From UHGV virus genome UHGV-0382366: DNA of 49,190 nucleotides. The stretch is one strand, 5' to 3'. Positions 37,347-46,295 of the stretch are shown here, piece by piece. Under the pieces are notes generated by a model. The model searched no databases and was not told the DNA's origin. It worked only from the letters and a program-made list of their open reading frames with translations. Every line of letters starts with the position of its first letter. Position 1 is the stretch's first letter. The stretch is from a virus. The position numbers were made by a program, and so were the translations under genes.

Positions 37347-37673
37347 TCACTCCACCTCCTCATATTCCGGACACTCCGCACAATACTCATACATGTCCTT
37401 ATCTGCACACTGTATATTACAAATATCGTTGTCCGGACATTCTATGCAGCAATAATCGTGTCCGCATATACTTGTTAATTTACATTTTCCCATCATAGCT
37501 ATTTCACCCTCCTGTTCCATTTCCCTATCAGTTGTTTCTAAAGTACATCTTCGCGTTGCGACTCCGCATTCTTCGCAGTACACAAAAGACGAAATAACCT
37601 TTTCATCAAATCCGTAATTGATTTTCAGCATTGCTTCTCCGCCACAAAACGGGCATTTCTTTAATTCTTCCAT
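37347..37673 (-). CDS. Lar-family restriction-alleviation-like Cys-rich protein (108 aa from MEELKKCPFCGG).
   Basis: CPFCGG...CEECG zinc-ribbon typical of Lar. Start 1 nt after the upstream stop. Confidence 0.5.
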   Translation of the reverse strand: MEELKKCPFCGGEAMLKINYGFDEKVISSFVYCEECGVATRRCTLETTDREMEQEGEIAMMGKCKLTSICGHDYCCIECPDNDICNIQCADKDMYEYCAECPEYEEVE

Positions 37674-37674
37674 G

Positions 37675-38055
37675 CTATTCACCCCAGTCCAATCTCTGGC
37701 CACATTTTCCACAAAACTCTCCAAATGGTTTACCAATTCCCCTTACTGTTGCCCCGCATATTGGACAATCTGCTCTATTAGTTCCACTGTATGCGATAGG
37801 CCTCTTCGCCGTATCACGCTCTTTCAGATAACGTATCTCGCACATCAGTTTCGCGCACTGTGCATTTCCAGCATCAACCACCTTGTTATGGTGATTCAAG
37901 ATATCGCACACAAACCGCCCCATCTTGCACTCTGCGCATTTATCTTCCAGTTGCTCTCCGCTTAGCTGGTTCGGATACTTACACAGGTTGTCGCAGATAT
38001 GCTCCATCATTTCCGTTGTGATCCCGTCCATCCATGTTTCTTCTGTTTTCGTCAT
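37675..38055 (-). CDS. Cys-rich zinc-ribbon protein (126 aa), hypothetical.
   Basis: Multiple CxxC pairs (CAECKMG..., CPICG...CGKCG). Confidence 0.5.
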   Translation of the reverse strand: MTKTEETWMDGITTEMMEHICDNLCKYPNQLSGEQLEDKCAECKMGRFVCDILNHHNKVVDAGNAQCAKLMCEIRYLKERDTAKRPIAYSGTNRADCPICGATVRGIGKPFGEFCGKCGQRLDWGE

Positions 38056-38058
38056 TAG

Positions 38059-38907
38059 TCATTCCTCCGTAATAAAGTCTTCTATGCTCATTTGTTCGTC
38101 TCTTTCATAAGCCAGCATTTCTTCTGTCGCTCTCTTGTAAAAGTTTCTGTCAATTTCAAATCCATAAGCGCTTCTCCCAAGTTCCGCGGCTGCTCTAAGC
38201 GTGGAACCGCTACCGGCACACGGGTCAATCACCACATCACCTGGATCTGTAAAGATCTCGATCAGTTGTTTTAATACTTTCACTGGTTTTTGTGCTGGAT
38301 GGATTTTAGGAATCTCTTTTCCATCTTTCTCCCACGCAAACCAATTAAATATCATTTTCCCTGTGCCCGGTATGTTCTTCCCGTTTTCATCTGTCTTAAC
38401 TCCGTTTCTGAATTTCGGAAGTCTGTCACGATATAACACCAGCGCATATTCAGTTGCTCCTACAATTCGCATATTTGCTTTTAAAACCTGCGGACTATAG
38501 TTTTTGCAAAATACAAGTGGTATGTAATGTACAAATCCATGCTTTTCCGCAGCTTTGATCAGCGTCTGAATCTGCTCGAATGCACAAAATACAATCATAC
38601 ATGGGGAATTACTGCTTCTCCCTCTGCTGCACGGCTTTTTATCTTCTTTTTTCAGCATCTTGGAACAGAAGTGAAAGTATTCGTAAAGATTGAAATTAAA
38701 ATCAGAGTTAAAGGCTGCTTTTCCAGCAAGTTTGCTTTCTCCATTTTTATTATTTCCACCCTTGTACCACATTGGATTGCTGCCATAGAAGTTATTGCCT
38801 ACATTGTACGGTACATCTGCAATAATCAGCTGTGCTGGCTGAATTCCATATTTTTTATAATTCTGCATCGAATCTCTGTATAATTCACACTTTAGTTTTT
38901 TTCTCAT
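38059..38907 (-). CDS. DNA methyltransferase (N6-adenine/N4-cytosine, beta-class), orphan.
   Basis: Motif IV-like DVPY near the N-terminus. HPAQKP. C-terminal motif I VIDPCAGSGST. Confidence 0.85.
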   Translation of the reverse strand: MRKKLKCELYRDSMQNYKKYGIQPAQLIIADVPYNVGNNFYGSNPMWYKGGNNKNGESKLAGKAAFNSDFNFNLYEYFHFCSKMLKKEDKKPCSRGRSSNSPCMIVFCAFEQIQTLIKAAEKHGFVHYIPLVFCKNYSPQVLKANMRIVGATEYALVLYRDRLPKFRNGVKTDENGKNIPGTGKMIFNWFAWEKDGKEIPKIHPAQKPVKVLKQLIEIFTDPGDVVIDPCAGSGSTLRAAAELGRSAYGFEIDRNFYKRATEEMLAYERDEQMSIEDFITEE

Positions 38908-38959
38908 TTTTTTTCAGAAGCCCGGTATACCCTTGCCCCGGCCGGAGGCTGGCTCCTTT

Positions 38960-39226
38960 CTATTTTTCGCTTATTTTCTTCTTATTTCCTCGCAACTGCT
39001 TGCAAAGTCCTTCCCACTCAACCTCTTTGCTCCGCGTCCATCTTTTCGCTACTCTTCTCTTTCGAATCCCAGTCTTATCCATGTACCGGATAAGATCATC
39101 TCTGGTAAATTCCGCTTTCTGGATGTCATGCAAGACTTTATGGATATGCTCATCCGTGCATCCGAGCTTTACCATCTCTTCGATCTGGAACTTGTAGGGA
39201 TCCAGAAAGTGTGCTGGTATACTCAT
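38960..39226 (-). CDS. Hypothetical protein (88 aa).
   Basis: ORF with an ATGA overlap to the upstream small gene. Confidence 0.45.
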   Translation of the reverse strand: MSIPAHFLDPYKFQIEEMVKLGCTDEHIHKVLHDIQKAEFTRDDLIRYMDKTGIRKRRVAKRWTRSKEVEWEGLCKQLRGNKKKISEK

Positions 39227-39351
39227 TTCCCTCTCACCCTGTTCTTTCTCTTCCGCTTTGTGCTGCCGCGCGTAAACGCATCCATATTTCCGTGTCTCAA
39301 TCCGGTAGACTGTTTCCTATAGACTCTAAAACCGTATCTTTTTCTGTTCAT
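39223..39351 (-). CDS. Small highly basic protein (42 aa, MNRKRYGFRVYRKQSTGLRHG...).
   Basis: RBS GGAGGC. Stop overlaps the next start (ATGA). Below the ORF-track cutoff. Confidence 0.3.
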   Translation of the reverse strand: MNRKRYGFRVYRKQSTGLRHGNMDAFTRGSTKRKRKNRVRGK

Positions 39352-39360
39352 GTTTGCCTC

Positions 39361-40092
39361 CTAACTGAAACTTACTTCCGGCTCTTCCTCTGGACATATT
39401 TCTCCACCTGCTTCCATTTCGTTTATGATGATTTTCGTTCCCGCTCTTTGCAATCTCATTAACAACATGTCAAATTCCCCGAGATATCGAAGAGACTGGA
39501 TATTCACACATCCTAAATTATCAAGTGTATGCTCTTTTTCAAAATCCCATTTTGATATCGGAATCTCGATGTTTAATTCTTCATCATGATCGTTTTCGAA
39601 AACAATCACCGCCCTATGCACAGAACTCCAAACAGGTCTTTCACTCTCTTCTATTCGCATCTCGCATCCGACCGATTCGTAGTATGGTCCATCGTCAAAC
39701 TCCACTTCCAGGCCAGTTGTACTGATCTTCTTCTCGCACATTTTAATCCATGCTTCAAACAGATCCGTGACTTTAATCTCTTTTTCTTCCTGCTTGATTG
39801 ATAAATCCTTAAAATTCTCCAGAATCTTTTTATTCTCAATGCAAGCATCAGAATTTACAATTTCAGTAAGCACCGTATCCAACTTTGGAAGGTATTCCGA
39901 AAAATCATACTTCTCTATGTACGGCACCATGACATCGTTTATCTTTTTCTTCAGTGCCTTTTCCGCATCTCCCCATCTAAACGCTGATTCTATTGCCGAT
40001 TCTATCGATTCCTTAAATTTCTTTTTGAGTATTTCCTTTACTTCTTCCTCGGAGAGACACTCCTGTGCCATTTTTAATAATTCTTCTTTCAT
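39361..40092 (-). CDS. Hypothetical acidic protein (243 aa).
   Basis: ORF. No recognisable domain. Confidence 0.5.
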   Translation of the reverse strand: MKEELLKMAQECLSEEEVKEILKKKFKESIESAIESAFRWGDAEKALKKKINDVMVPYIEKYDFSEYLPKLDTVLTEIVNSDACIENKKILENFKDLSIKQEEKEIKVTDLFEAWIKMCEKKISTTGLEVEFDDGPYYESVGCEMRIEESERPVWSSVHRAVIVFENDHDEELNIEIPISKWDFEKEHTLDNLGCVNIQSLRYLGEFDMLLMRLQRAGTKIIINEMEAGGEICPEEEPEVSFS

Positions 40093-40103
40093 TTTGCTCC
40101 TCC

Positions 40104-40976
40104 TTAATTCGAATTCAACAGCTGCTCTTCCAGAGAGTCCATGTCGTATCCTCTGCGTTCAAAGTTGTTTAAGTTTCTGCTTACTGGCGGTTTTGTTGGC
40201 TTTATATTTTTATTCTTGTAATTTCCATCCAGAATCTTTGCCATATTCGTGTCATTCATCATCCAGTCAAAGGTTGCTGACCAATTCCGGTTATTTTCGC
40301 CTTTTAGAAAGTCGCTTTCTTCTGCAATCTCAAATACTCTTTGAATGTCATCAATGGAATATTTTCTTAATCTTGCTTTAATTGCCCGTTTTCTTTTTTC
40401 AGACAATCGTGTTAAGCGAGGGAATGACACGCAAGTGGCATTATACATATCAGCTATTTGCTGATAATCTACTCTATTACCTCTTATATCTCTTTCTTTA
40501 TCTTTATCTTCTTCTTTATCTATATCTGTAGCGTGACTTCCCAAATTTGTCACACTTACGTCACGTGACATTTCCGTGACACACTCAATTTTCTGTTTTT
40601 CCCTCTGTTTTTGCTTCCTAATCCGGTTCTGTTCCCTGATTTTCTCGAGGGCTTCCGCGTTCTGGTGCTCTTCCCAACCCGGAATAGTAAAAAATCCATT
40701 GTCCATCACGATCATTTCCAACTGCTCCAGCGATTGCAAAGCTAATTTCACGGTATTCTCTTCAAAGTCCAGCTCATCTGCCAGCATTTTAGGCGTGTAC
40801 GGGATGTTTTGCGTTAAAAATACCATTCCATTACTATTACACCGACCAGCCATCGTGAGTAGCATTACCCAGATCAGGACGATATTGTTCCCGTCCGGTA
40901 ATTTCCGCAGATGCTTGATTTTGCGATTATCAAACATATCTGTTGTGATCTTGATCCACTTTACTTCTGCCATCAC
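40104..40976 (-). CDS. Phage replisome organizer / replication initiation protein (N-terminal phage_rep_org_N-like).
   Basis: MAEVKWIKITTDMFDNRKIKHLRKLPDGNNIVLIWVMLLTMAGRCN pattern. Position in the replication module. Confidence 0.65.
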   Translation of the reverse strand: MMAEVKWIKITTDMFDNRKIKHLRKLPDGNNIVLIWVMLLTMAGRCNSNGMVFLTQNIPYTPKMLADELDFEENTVKLALQSLEQLEMIVMDNGFFTIPGWEEHQNAEALEKIREQNRIRKQKQREKQKIECVTEMSRDVSVTNLGSHATDIDKEEDKDKERDIRGNRVDYQQIADMYNATCVSFPRLTRLSEKRKRAIKARLRKYSIDDIQRVFEIAEESDFLKGENNRNWSATFDWMMNDTNMAKILDGNYKNKNIKPTKPPVSRNLNNFERRGYDMDSLEEQLLNSN

Positions 40977-41383
40977 TCATCCTCCGCAATATAGACCACC
41001 ACGCAAGGCTCATCAGAATACACTTTTTCGATTTCCATACTGGTCACCTGCTTATCATCCGTATATGCAACTCCATTCAGTCCATCCAAAATGATTTTTG
41101 CGATATTATCTAAGTCTGGCTTTTTATTTGGCTTTATTTCGCCTTTTAAAGCTTTCTCCTTATTCTTCTTAGACCAGCTCTCTGGAATCGGAAATTTCGC
41201 TAAAATTCGAACCCTCAGAGGGATATCTGTGTAAAGCACGCCTATGCTCTGCTTGTAAATCCTTGCAACTTCCTTTTCGTATTTTTTGCTTTCGTCTGGC
41301 GTATATGTAATGACTTTAAATCCGGCTCTGCGGAATCTCGGTCTTGCTTTTCCAACCGGTTTGCCCGGAATTGTAATTACCAT
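40973..41383 (-). CDS. rusA: RusA-family Holliday junction resolvase.
   Basis: ITIPGKPVGKARPRF...AYTDDKQV pattern. Size ~135 aa. Confidence 0.75.
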   Translation of the reverse strand: MVITIPGKPVGKARPRFRRAGFKVITYTPDESKKYEKEVARIYKQSIGVLYTDIPLRVRILAKFPIPESWSKKNKEKALKGEIKPNKKPDLDNIAKIILDGLNGVAYTDDKQVTSMEIEKVYSDEPCVVVYIAEDE

Positions 41384-41496
41384 TTATTCTCCTTTCTGCT
41401 CCCGGAATTACCGGGAGACAATGAATCTGGCTTACTTAAGGTATTTGTGACGTACTGTGCAGCAGCCATGAACGGGTTACAATTTATAGCAAAGGT

Positions 41497-41760
41497 TTAA
41501 CCCTTACTAACATAGTGAAATTCTTGACGGAACTGCTCTTCTGTTCCGTAGTGCTGCAAATAATACTCTTTGCAGCGTTTTCTTAAGTATCGGTCAACTT
41601 TTGATGCATTCTCCCCTGCCCTTGTTCCGTTTGGATGCAGGTCTGGTCTCAATGGAGCGATAAAACCATAATCCTCCGAAAGCTCAATTTCTTTCGATGT
41701 GTGGCTGAAAATGTGATGCCTCTCCACTCCGTAAGCTCCAGTGTACATGCAGTGATCCAT
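41497..41760 (-). CDS. Hypothetical protein (87 aa) overlapping the NinB-like gene by ~110 nt in another frame.
   Basis: ORF only. Could be a frameshifted C-terminal extension. Confidence 0.3.
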   Translation of the reverse strand: MDHCMYTGAYGVERHHIFSHTSKEIELSEDYGFIAPLRPDLHPNGTRAGENASKVDRYLRKRCKEYYLQHYGTEEQFRQEFHYVSKG

Positions 41761-42308
41761 GTCCTCCGTGAATACGCTCCATAGCTCCTTTGGTTTTCCA
41801 ATCGTCCTCTGATGACTTTCATTTTGCGAATTTCATCCGGCGTATCTGTCGGAATACCAAGACTTTTGCACTCTTCCACCGCTCCATCTATCAACATGCA
41901 AGCTTCGTTGGTATCGTATTCGCTCAATCCTTTCCAACAGCGCAAAGTACAAACAGTAATGCGCTTATTTTCCTTGTTCACGAACTCTTTCTTGTTCTGT
42001 ACTTCTACAATCCGGTAACAAGCTCTTGCAAGATGCACCTGATCGGACGGAAGGCTTATAAAATCTGACGTCCCGTATATCCTTAAAAGATGCAAATACA
42101 CATCGTTTTCAGTCTGTCCGTTTTTCATAACGCTGCGGAGTTCTTTTACCAGCGTCCAAAAGTATTTTCTTTGTTGATCTGTTTTTGATTCTTTGTGCAG
42201 AGCAATACTCACATCGACATCTTTATCGCAAATCGACTTTACCAATGATCTAATACTTTCTTTCACGTAGTTCGGCATCTGCACTCTACTTCTGATCCAC
42301 ACTGTCAT
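41649..42308 (-). CDS. NinB/Orf-like recombination mediator (alternative start 42278).
   Basis: Segment KTDQQRKYFWTLVKEL resembles the lambda NinB LDQNRKLWACLGDVS region. Adjacent to an SSAP. Confidence 0.45.
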   Translation of the reverse strand: MTVWIRSRVQMPNYVKESIRSLVKSICDKDVDVSIALHKESKTDQQRKYFWTLVKELRSVMKNGQTENDVYLHLLRIYGTSDFISLPSDQVHLARACYRIVEVQNKKEFVNKENKRITVCTLRCWKGLSEYDTNEACMLIDGAVEECKSLGIPTDTPDEIRKMKVIRGRLENQRSYGAYSRRTWITACTLELTEWRGITFSATHRKKLSFRRIMVLSLH

Positions 42309-42888
42309 GCTTTGCCGCCTCCATTCTCGCTATAAAATCTTTGATTTGGCTATCTGTCACCTGTTCAATATTATCCAACCTATATACCTGCATAAAATTT
42401 GATTCTGAACATCTGCGCTTTTTCAGTTCGTTTCGCACTCGCTCCACTCTTTCAAATGGAGAATCGTACTTAGTTCTATCTGCCTCAAAGTACACGTCTG
42501 CTCCAATTCCAAGTTGCTTGCAAGCTACAGAAATAGCGTCTGTTGTTGCCATTTTGTAACATTCATCGGAAACAAAAAGACCATTTCTTTCGTTTTGCGA
42601 TAGCTTACTCCCCCCGGTTCCGCAGATTGGTTGCGACCACTCACCATCTACCTTTACAAACAGTTCGATATCTACAAATGCAACTGTTTCTCCTCCTGCC
42701 TGTTCCGTCCATTTCTTAACAGGCTTGTAAAACCAGCCAATACCACACGGACCATATTCGCTTGTAAGCACTTTGATCCTCCACATAGGGTTAATATCCG
42801 TCATTCCATTCAAGCGACCGCCTTTGATTGTCTTCTTCGCTTCTTCCGGAACAACTCTTACCCTGTTATACAAATCCAAATTTCCCAT
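42286..42888 (-). CDS. Single-strand annealing protein, Rad52/Sak-like (tentative).
   Basis: Position in the recombination module next to NinB-like and Gp157-like genes. N-terminal conserved block. Confidence 0.45.
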   Translation of the reverse strand: MGNLDLYNRVRVVPEEAKKTIKGGRLNGMTDINPMWRIKVLTSEYGPCGIGWFYKPVKKWTEQAGGETVAFVDIELFVKVDGEWSQPICGTGGSKLSQNERNGLFVSDECYKMATTDAISVACKQLGIGADVYFEADRTKYDSPFERVERVRNELKKRRCSESNFMQVYRLDNIEQVTDSQIKDFIARMEAAKHDSVDQK

Positions 42889-42896
42889 GCTTGCAC

Positions 42897-43361
42897 CTAC
42901 CGAATCTGAATATTATTATTCTGTATCAATACAACTCCGGATAACTCAACACCGTCTTTCAGTGTTTTTTTCACCTTTGTTTTATCAACCTCAGGATCAG
43001 CAAATTTTAAGTATTCCTTGTCCAGTTTTGAAATGTCTTGCACCTCTACACTCTCTGATTTTCGATAAGAGATACTAACTCTTGCTGTTTTAAATTTCTC
43101 TCCACACAGGTAACCAGACAGGTATTCTTTTAGATTTCTCGCCTTGTTTTCACATGTTTTCTGGCGGTCAGCCAGTTTGTTTTTCTCTGCTTTGATTGCT
43201 TCTGCATCAGATAAGAGGTTTTTGATCCAGAGAGCAATTCCCTCTACCTTTTTATCAAAATCCATCTGCAACTGTGCCAGTTTTTCCGGATCAATAATCT
43301 CTCCAGTCTCCTGATCTACGCAATTTAAAATCTCTTCATCAATCTCGTATAATGTTGCCAT
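42897..43361 (-). CDS. Siphovirus Gp157-like protein.
   Basis: Coiled-coil ~150 aa. Position upstream of the SSAP, as in the dairy phages where this family was first described. Confidence 0.5.
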   Translation of the reverse strand: MATLYEIDEEILNCVDQETGEIIDPEKLAQLQMDFDKKVEGIALWIKNLLSDAEAIKAEKNKLADRQKTCENKARNLKEYLSGYLCGEKFKTARVSISYRKSESVEVQDISKLDKEYLKFADPEVDKTKVKKTLKDGVELSGVVLIQNNNIQIR

Positions 43362-43548
43362 TTGTTATCTCCTCCATAAAATCACAATAATTCTGATAGT
43401 ACCTTTTGCGTACCCTAAAATATCTGTCTTTTTCAGCCGCTTCTTGATCTGTTATTTCTTCCAGTTCTTCTGTATATTTGTACATATTATTTGCCCGCCA
43501 TATCTGCTGCTTTTTCCAGTAATACTTTTGCCAAAACGATTGCATCAT
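43339..43548 (-). CDS. Hypothetical protein (69 aa).
   Basis: ORF. Confidence 0.35.
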   Translation of the reverse strand: MMQSFWQKYYWKKQQIWRANNMYKYTEELEEITDQEAAEKDRYFRVRKRYYQNYCDFMEEITNGNIIRD

Positions 43549-43750
43549 CTAGTTGCTTATCTGTTGTAATCCCGTCAAACAAATCGTAATCTCTATTCGC
43601 GACAAATCCGTTTTCTTGTGCGCACAAAAGTATTCTGCTCCCGTAGTTTGAAAATTCAATGTTTACGTACGGATACCCATTCCTACCTTCTCCACGTTCT
43701 TGAATTTCAAGGACTACGTCTAAAAGTTCATGTATTTTCTTTCTATCCAT
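43487..43750 (-). CDS. Hypothetical protein (87 aa).
   Basis: ORF. Confidence 0.4.
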   Translation of the reverse strand: MDRKKIHELLDVVLEIQERGEGRNGYPYVNIEFSNYGSRILLCAQENGFVANRDYDLFDGITTDKQLDDAIVLAKVLLEKAADMAGK

Positions 43751-43761
43751 TGCTTATCCTC

Positions 43762-44310
43762 CTACTCATCCTTGGACAATCTAAACTCCATCAAATCTGC
43801 CAGCATCAAATATTCCTTTGCCAGTCGTCTGCCTCCGTGCCGTTCTTTTACCTTTTCTCTGAATTCCGCCAGTGTTCCGTAAAAACATCCACATCTCACG
43901 CTGATTCCGCCGTCTTTCGTGCGGAAAAATGTTGTCGTCCTATTTCCCGATCCGAAGCAGCTTGTAGCAGAATAATCACGGCAGTTTTGAACCCGAGCGT
44001 CACCGGATACCCAAGCCTCACCGTATACCCGAGCGTCACCGGATACCCAAGCGTTACCGGATACCCAAGCGTCACCGTATACCCGAGCGTCACCGGATAC
44101 CCAAGCGTTACCGTATACCCGAGCGTCACCGTATACCCGAGCGTCACCGGATACCCAAGCGTTACCGGACTGATCAAGGTTCTCTTCTTTCTCTACAAGG
44201 CCACCCAATTCTCCTTCTTTTACGTCACCAAACGACACAAGAGCCTTGATTCTAAAGAGCTTCTTTCCTAAAAAAGTTACAAATTCGCTGGTTAATTCAA
44301 ATTTTTTCAT
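43762..44310 (-). CDS. Heptapeptide-repeat protein (GNAWVSGDARVYG...).
   Basis: About nine 7-aa repeats encoded by 21-bp tandem DNA repeats. C-terminal Cys-containing domain. Confidence 0.6.
   Translation of the reverse strand: MKKFELTSEFVTFLGKKLFRIKALVSFGDVKEGELGGLVEKEENLDQSGNAWVSGDARVYGDARVYGNAWVSGDARVYGDAWVSGNAWVSGDARVYGEAWVSGDARVQNCRDYSATSCFGSGNRTTTFFRTKDGGISVRCGCFYGTLAEFREKVKERHGGRRLAKEYLMLADLMEFRLSKDE
43993..44170. repeat. 21-bp tandem repeat array (two alternating unit variants, cgtcaccggatacccaagc / gtcaccgtatacccgag).
   Basis: Read directly from the sequence. Confidence 0.8.
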
Positions 44311-44395
44311 TTACATTTCTCTCCTTTTCGTCTACAATTTAACTGATTTAATTTCTTGAGTGCTCGAGGGTTGCCGCCCTGTGACAGCACTCTTT

Positions 44396-44584
44396 TTAAT
44401 ACCCAAACACCAGATACCACCCAAGCATTGTCAGTCCGAACCCGACCACCGCCACACCGACTCTGATCCAGTAAGGCTTGTCCTCTTCTTCCGGCAGATC
44501 TACCGATACGGAGCGGATGTCCCAGCTGTTTAAAGTGTTTGGTTGCTGAGTGGTCTGGCAGTGGTAGGTTCCTTTAATTTCCAT
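44396..44584 (-). CDS. Small membrane protein (62 aa).
   Basis: C-terminal hydrophobic helix. Confidence 0.4.
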   Translation of the reverse strand: MEIKGTYHCQTTQQPNTLNSWDIRSVSVDLPEEEDKPYWIRVGVAVVGFGLTMLGWYLVFGY

Positions 44585-44759
44585 GTTCTTCCTCCTTTAA
44601 TTTCACGGATTTCATGCCTTTCATTTCCAAAGCCATCCTGTAATTTTCCAGACAGGCGATTGCGTGCAACTTTTGCTCTTCGGAATAACCATCCACTCTT
44701 TCCGTAGATTCCAGCGTCTGGATGAATTTCTCAATATGATTGATTGTCAGCCTTTTCAC
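44574..44759 (-). CDS. Hypothetical protein (61 aa).
   Basis: ORF. Confidence 0.4.
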   Translation of the reverse strand: MKRLTINHIEKFIQTLESTERVDGYSEEQKLHAIACLENYRMALEMKGMKSVKLKEEEHGN

Positions 44760-44948
44760 AGCTTGTCCTCCCTTTCTACCGCCTAAGCGGTTTTCTCTTC
44801 TGTCCTCTTTTCGAGTGTGTAATCAATTTTTACGTGTTCCTGTTCTTCGATCAGAGATATCAACACTTGTATGATTTTTTCCATATCTGGCTTCATAAAA
44901 TCACCTCTCTAATATGTATGACGGATGGATTGTCCGAGATATGTTGTC

Positions 44949-45107
44949 CTAGTTATTCTCTTTTTCATCTACTGCATCCATGTCAGATCTCGCCTTTAAA
45001 ATATCTATACTATTCTTGGCGAGCATGAATCCTTGCGGATCGTTTTCTGCCAGATGCTTTGCCTTTCTTACCATTTCTGCAATTTCTTTTTTATCTTTAT
45101 CGCTCAT
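44949..45107 (-). CDS. Small hypothetical protein (52 aa, MSDKDKKEIAEMVRKAKHLAENDPQG...).
   Basis: Strong RBS AGGAGG 5 nt before ATG. Below the ORF-track cutoff. Confidence 0.35.
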   Translation of the reverse strand: MSDKDKKEIAEMVRKAKHLAENDPQGFMLAKNSIDILKARSDMDAVDEKENN

Positions 45108-45117
45108 GTGTACCTCC

Positions 45118-45870
45118 TTATGCTGCGTTCAGCTCAATTACTGGATAGATGCCGTTTTTCTTAAGCTCCTCGTATAAAAACAAGCTCCCTTTCTGTGTCC
45201 ACTGCGTCTGCATTGTTACATCCGGATCTCCGTTGCTCCTTGTAATATCAATTGTTTTACTATGCACATAGCCGCAATTCTGATATTTTGAGTAGAGCAC
45301 CCACTGTTTATTGACTTTGTATTGAATTTTCATGTCATTCAGAATCCGGTTAAATCGCACCGCTGACATTCCGTAGTCCTTTGCGATCTGCGTAGTCGCT
45401 ACCAACGATTTTGATTCGAGAATATGATCAACATAGTTCGCTTTCGGTGCCATTTCCTCGATCAACTTTTGTTGCTCTACCACCTGTCCACCGAGGAATT
45501 TGCACCTGTCTTTTAAGCTGTCAATGGTCTCGCCTGCCATCTTTAAGGCTCTTGCCATTACCTGTTCCGGTGTGTTCCAGGCTTTTTCGAGATCGAGAAA
45601 ATACTGGCGAATCTGTTTTCCTTCCGGCGTTCTTTGAATCATGCAAATCTGTTTTGCCATATCAACGGAAAGGTTGTATTCAGTTGATGGACGTCCCCCA
45701 GTGCTTTTAGACATTTTTGTCCAAAAGTCTTTTGACTCTTCAAAGCCGTAATCACACATACGGTCAATCCATTTCTTAAATGGTGTTTCAATGTTTAATT
45801 GTTCGTGTAAATCTTTTGCCGATACTGTCGGCTGTTCTGTTTCATAATTGATTTTGATTAACTCGTTCAA
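45118..45870 (-). CDS. AntA/AntB N-terminal + KilA-C domain antirepressor.
   Basis: SAKDLHEQLNIETPFKKWIDRM...YGFEESKDF (AntA) and C-terminal ATTQIAKDYGMSAVRFNRILNDMKIQYK (KilA-C). Confidence 0.7.
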   Translation of the reverse strand: MNELIKINYETEQPTVSAKDLHEQLNIETPFKKWIDRMCDYGFEESKDFWTKMSKSTGGRPSTEYNLSVDMAKQICMIQRTPEGKQIRQYFLDLEKAWNTPEQVMARALKMAGETIDSLKDRCKFLGGQVVEQQKLIEEMAPKANYVDHILESKSLVATTQIAKDYGMSAVRFNRILNDMKIQYKVNKQWVLYSKYQNCGYVHSKTIDITRSNGDPDVTMQTQWTQKGSLFLYEELKKNGIYPVIELNAA

Positions 45871-46111
45871 TACTTTTTACCTCCTGTTTTCGAATCTTTA
45901 TTGTCATTTGTTTCCAACTCTCCTATAATTTACTTACAGGCATCTGCCAATGCCGAGTATTTAGGAAAGGAGATGTAGTTATGGATAAATCAAACAAGGA
46001 ACTCGCTGTAGATTTGGCGAAATCCGCATTGATGGCCATGGCTCAAATGAGCCAAAATAATATGCACAAACCATTGTCTGGTGATGATGTAGAGAACATA
46101 CTCAAATCATG

Positions 46112-46273
46112 TTATTCAGCAGTATGTTCTTTGGACGAACGTGAGTAGCTCGGTATAAACATTGGCTCATCACGCATTTTATTTTGCAGTTCAACATTTC
46201 TTTCCAAAGTCTTGTTGAGCTGCTTTATTTCTCTCCTTATAAGGAGCAGTTCACTGTAAATCTTTTTTAACAT
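46112..46273 (-). CDS. Small hypothetical protein (53 aa). The RBS context is duplicated at the next gene.
   Basis: AAAGAAAGTGAGGTGAGAAAG-ATG. The ORF-track N-terminal extension ESEVRK is the translated RBS. Confidence 0.4.
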   Translation of the reverse strand: MLKKIYSELLLIRREIKQLNKTLERNVELQNKMRDEPMFIPSYSRSSKEHTAE

Positions 46274-46295
46274 CTTTCTCACCTCACTTTCTTTA

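Noticed and set aside
38832-39322. + strand ORFs (121 and 129 aa) opposite the methyltransferase and neighbouring genes
   Set aside because: F/L/S-rich antisense shadows of - strand genes.
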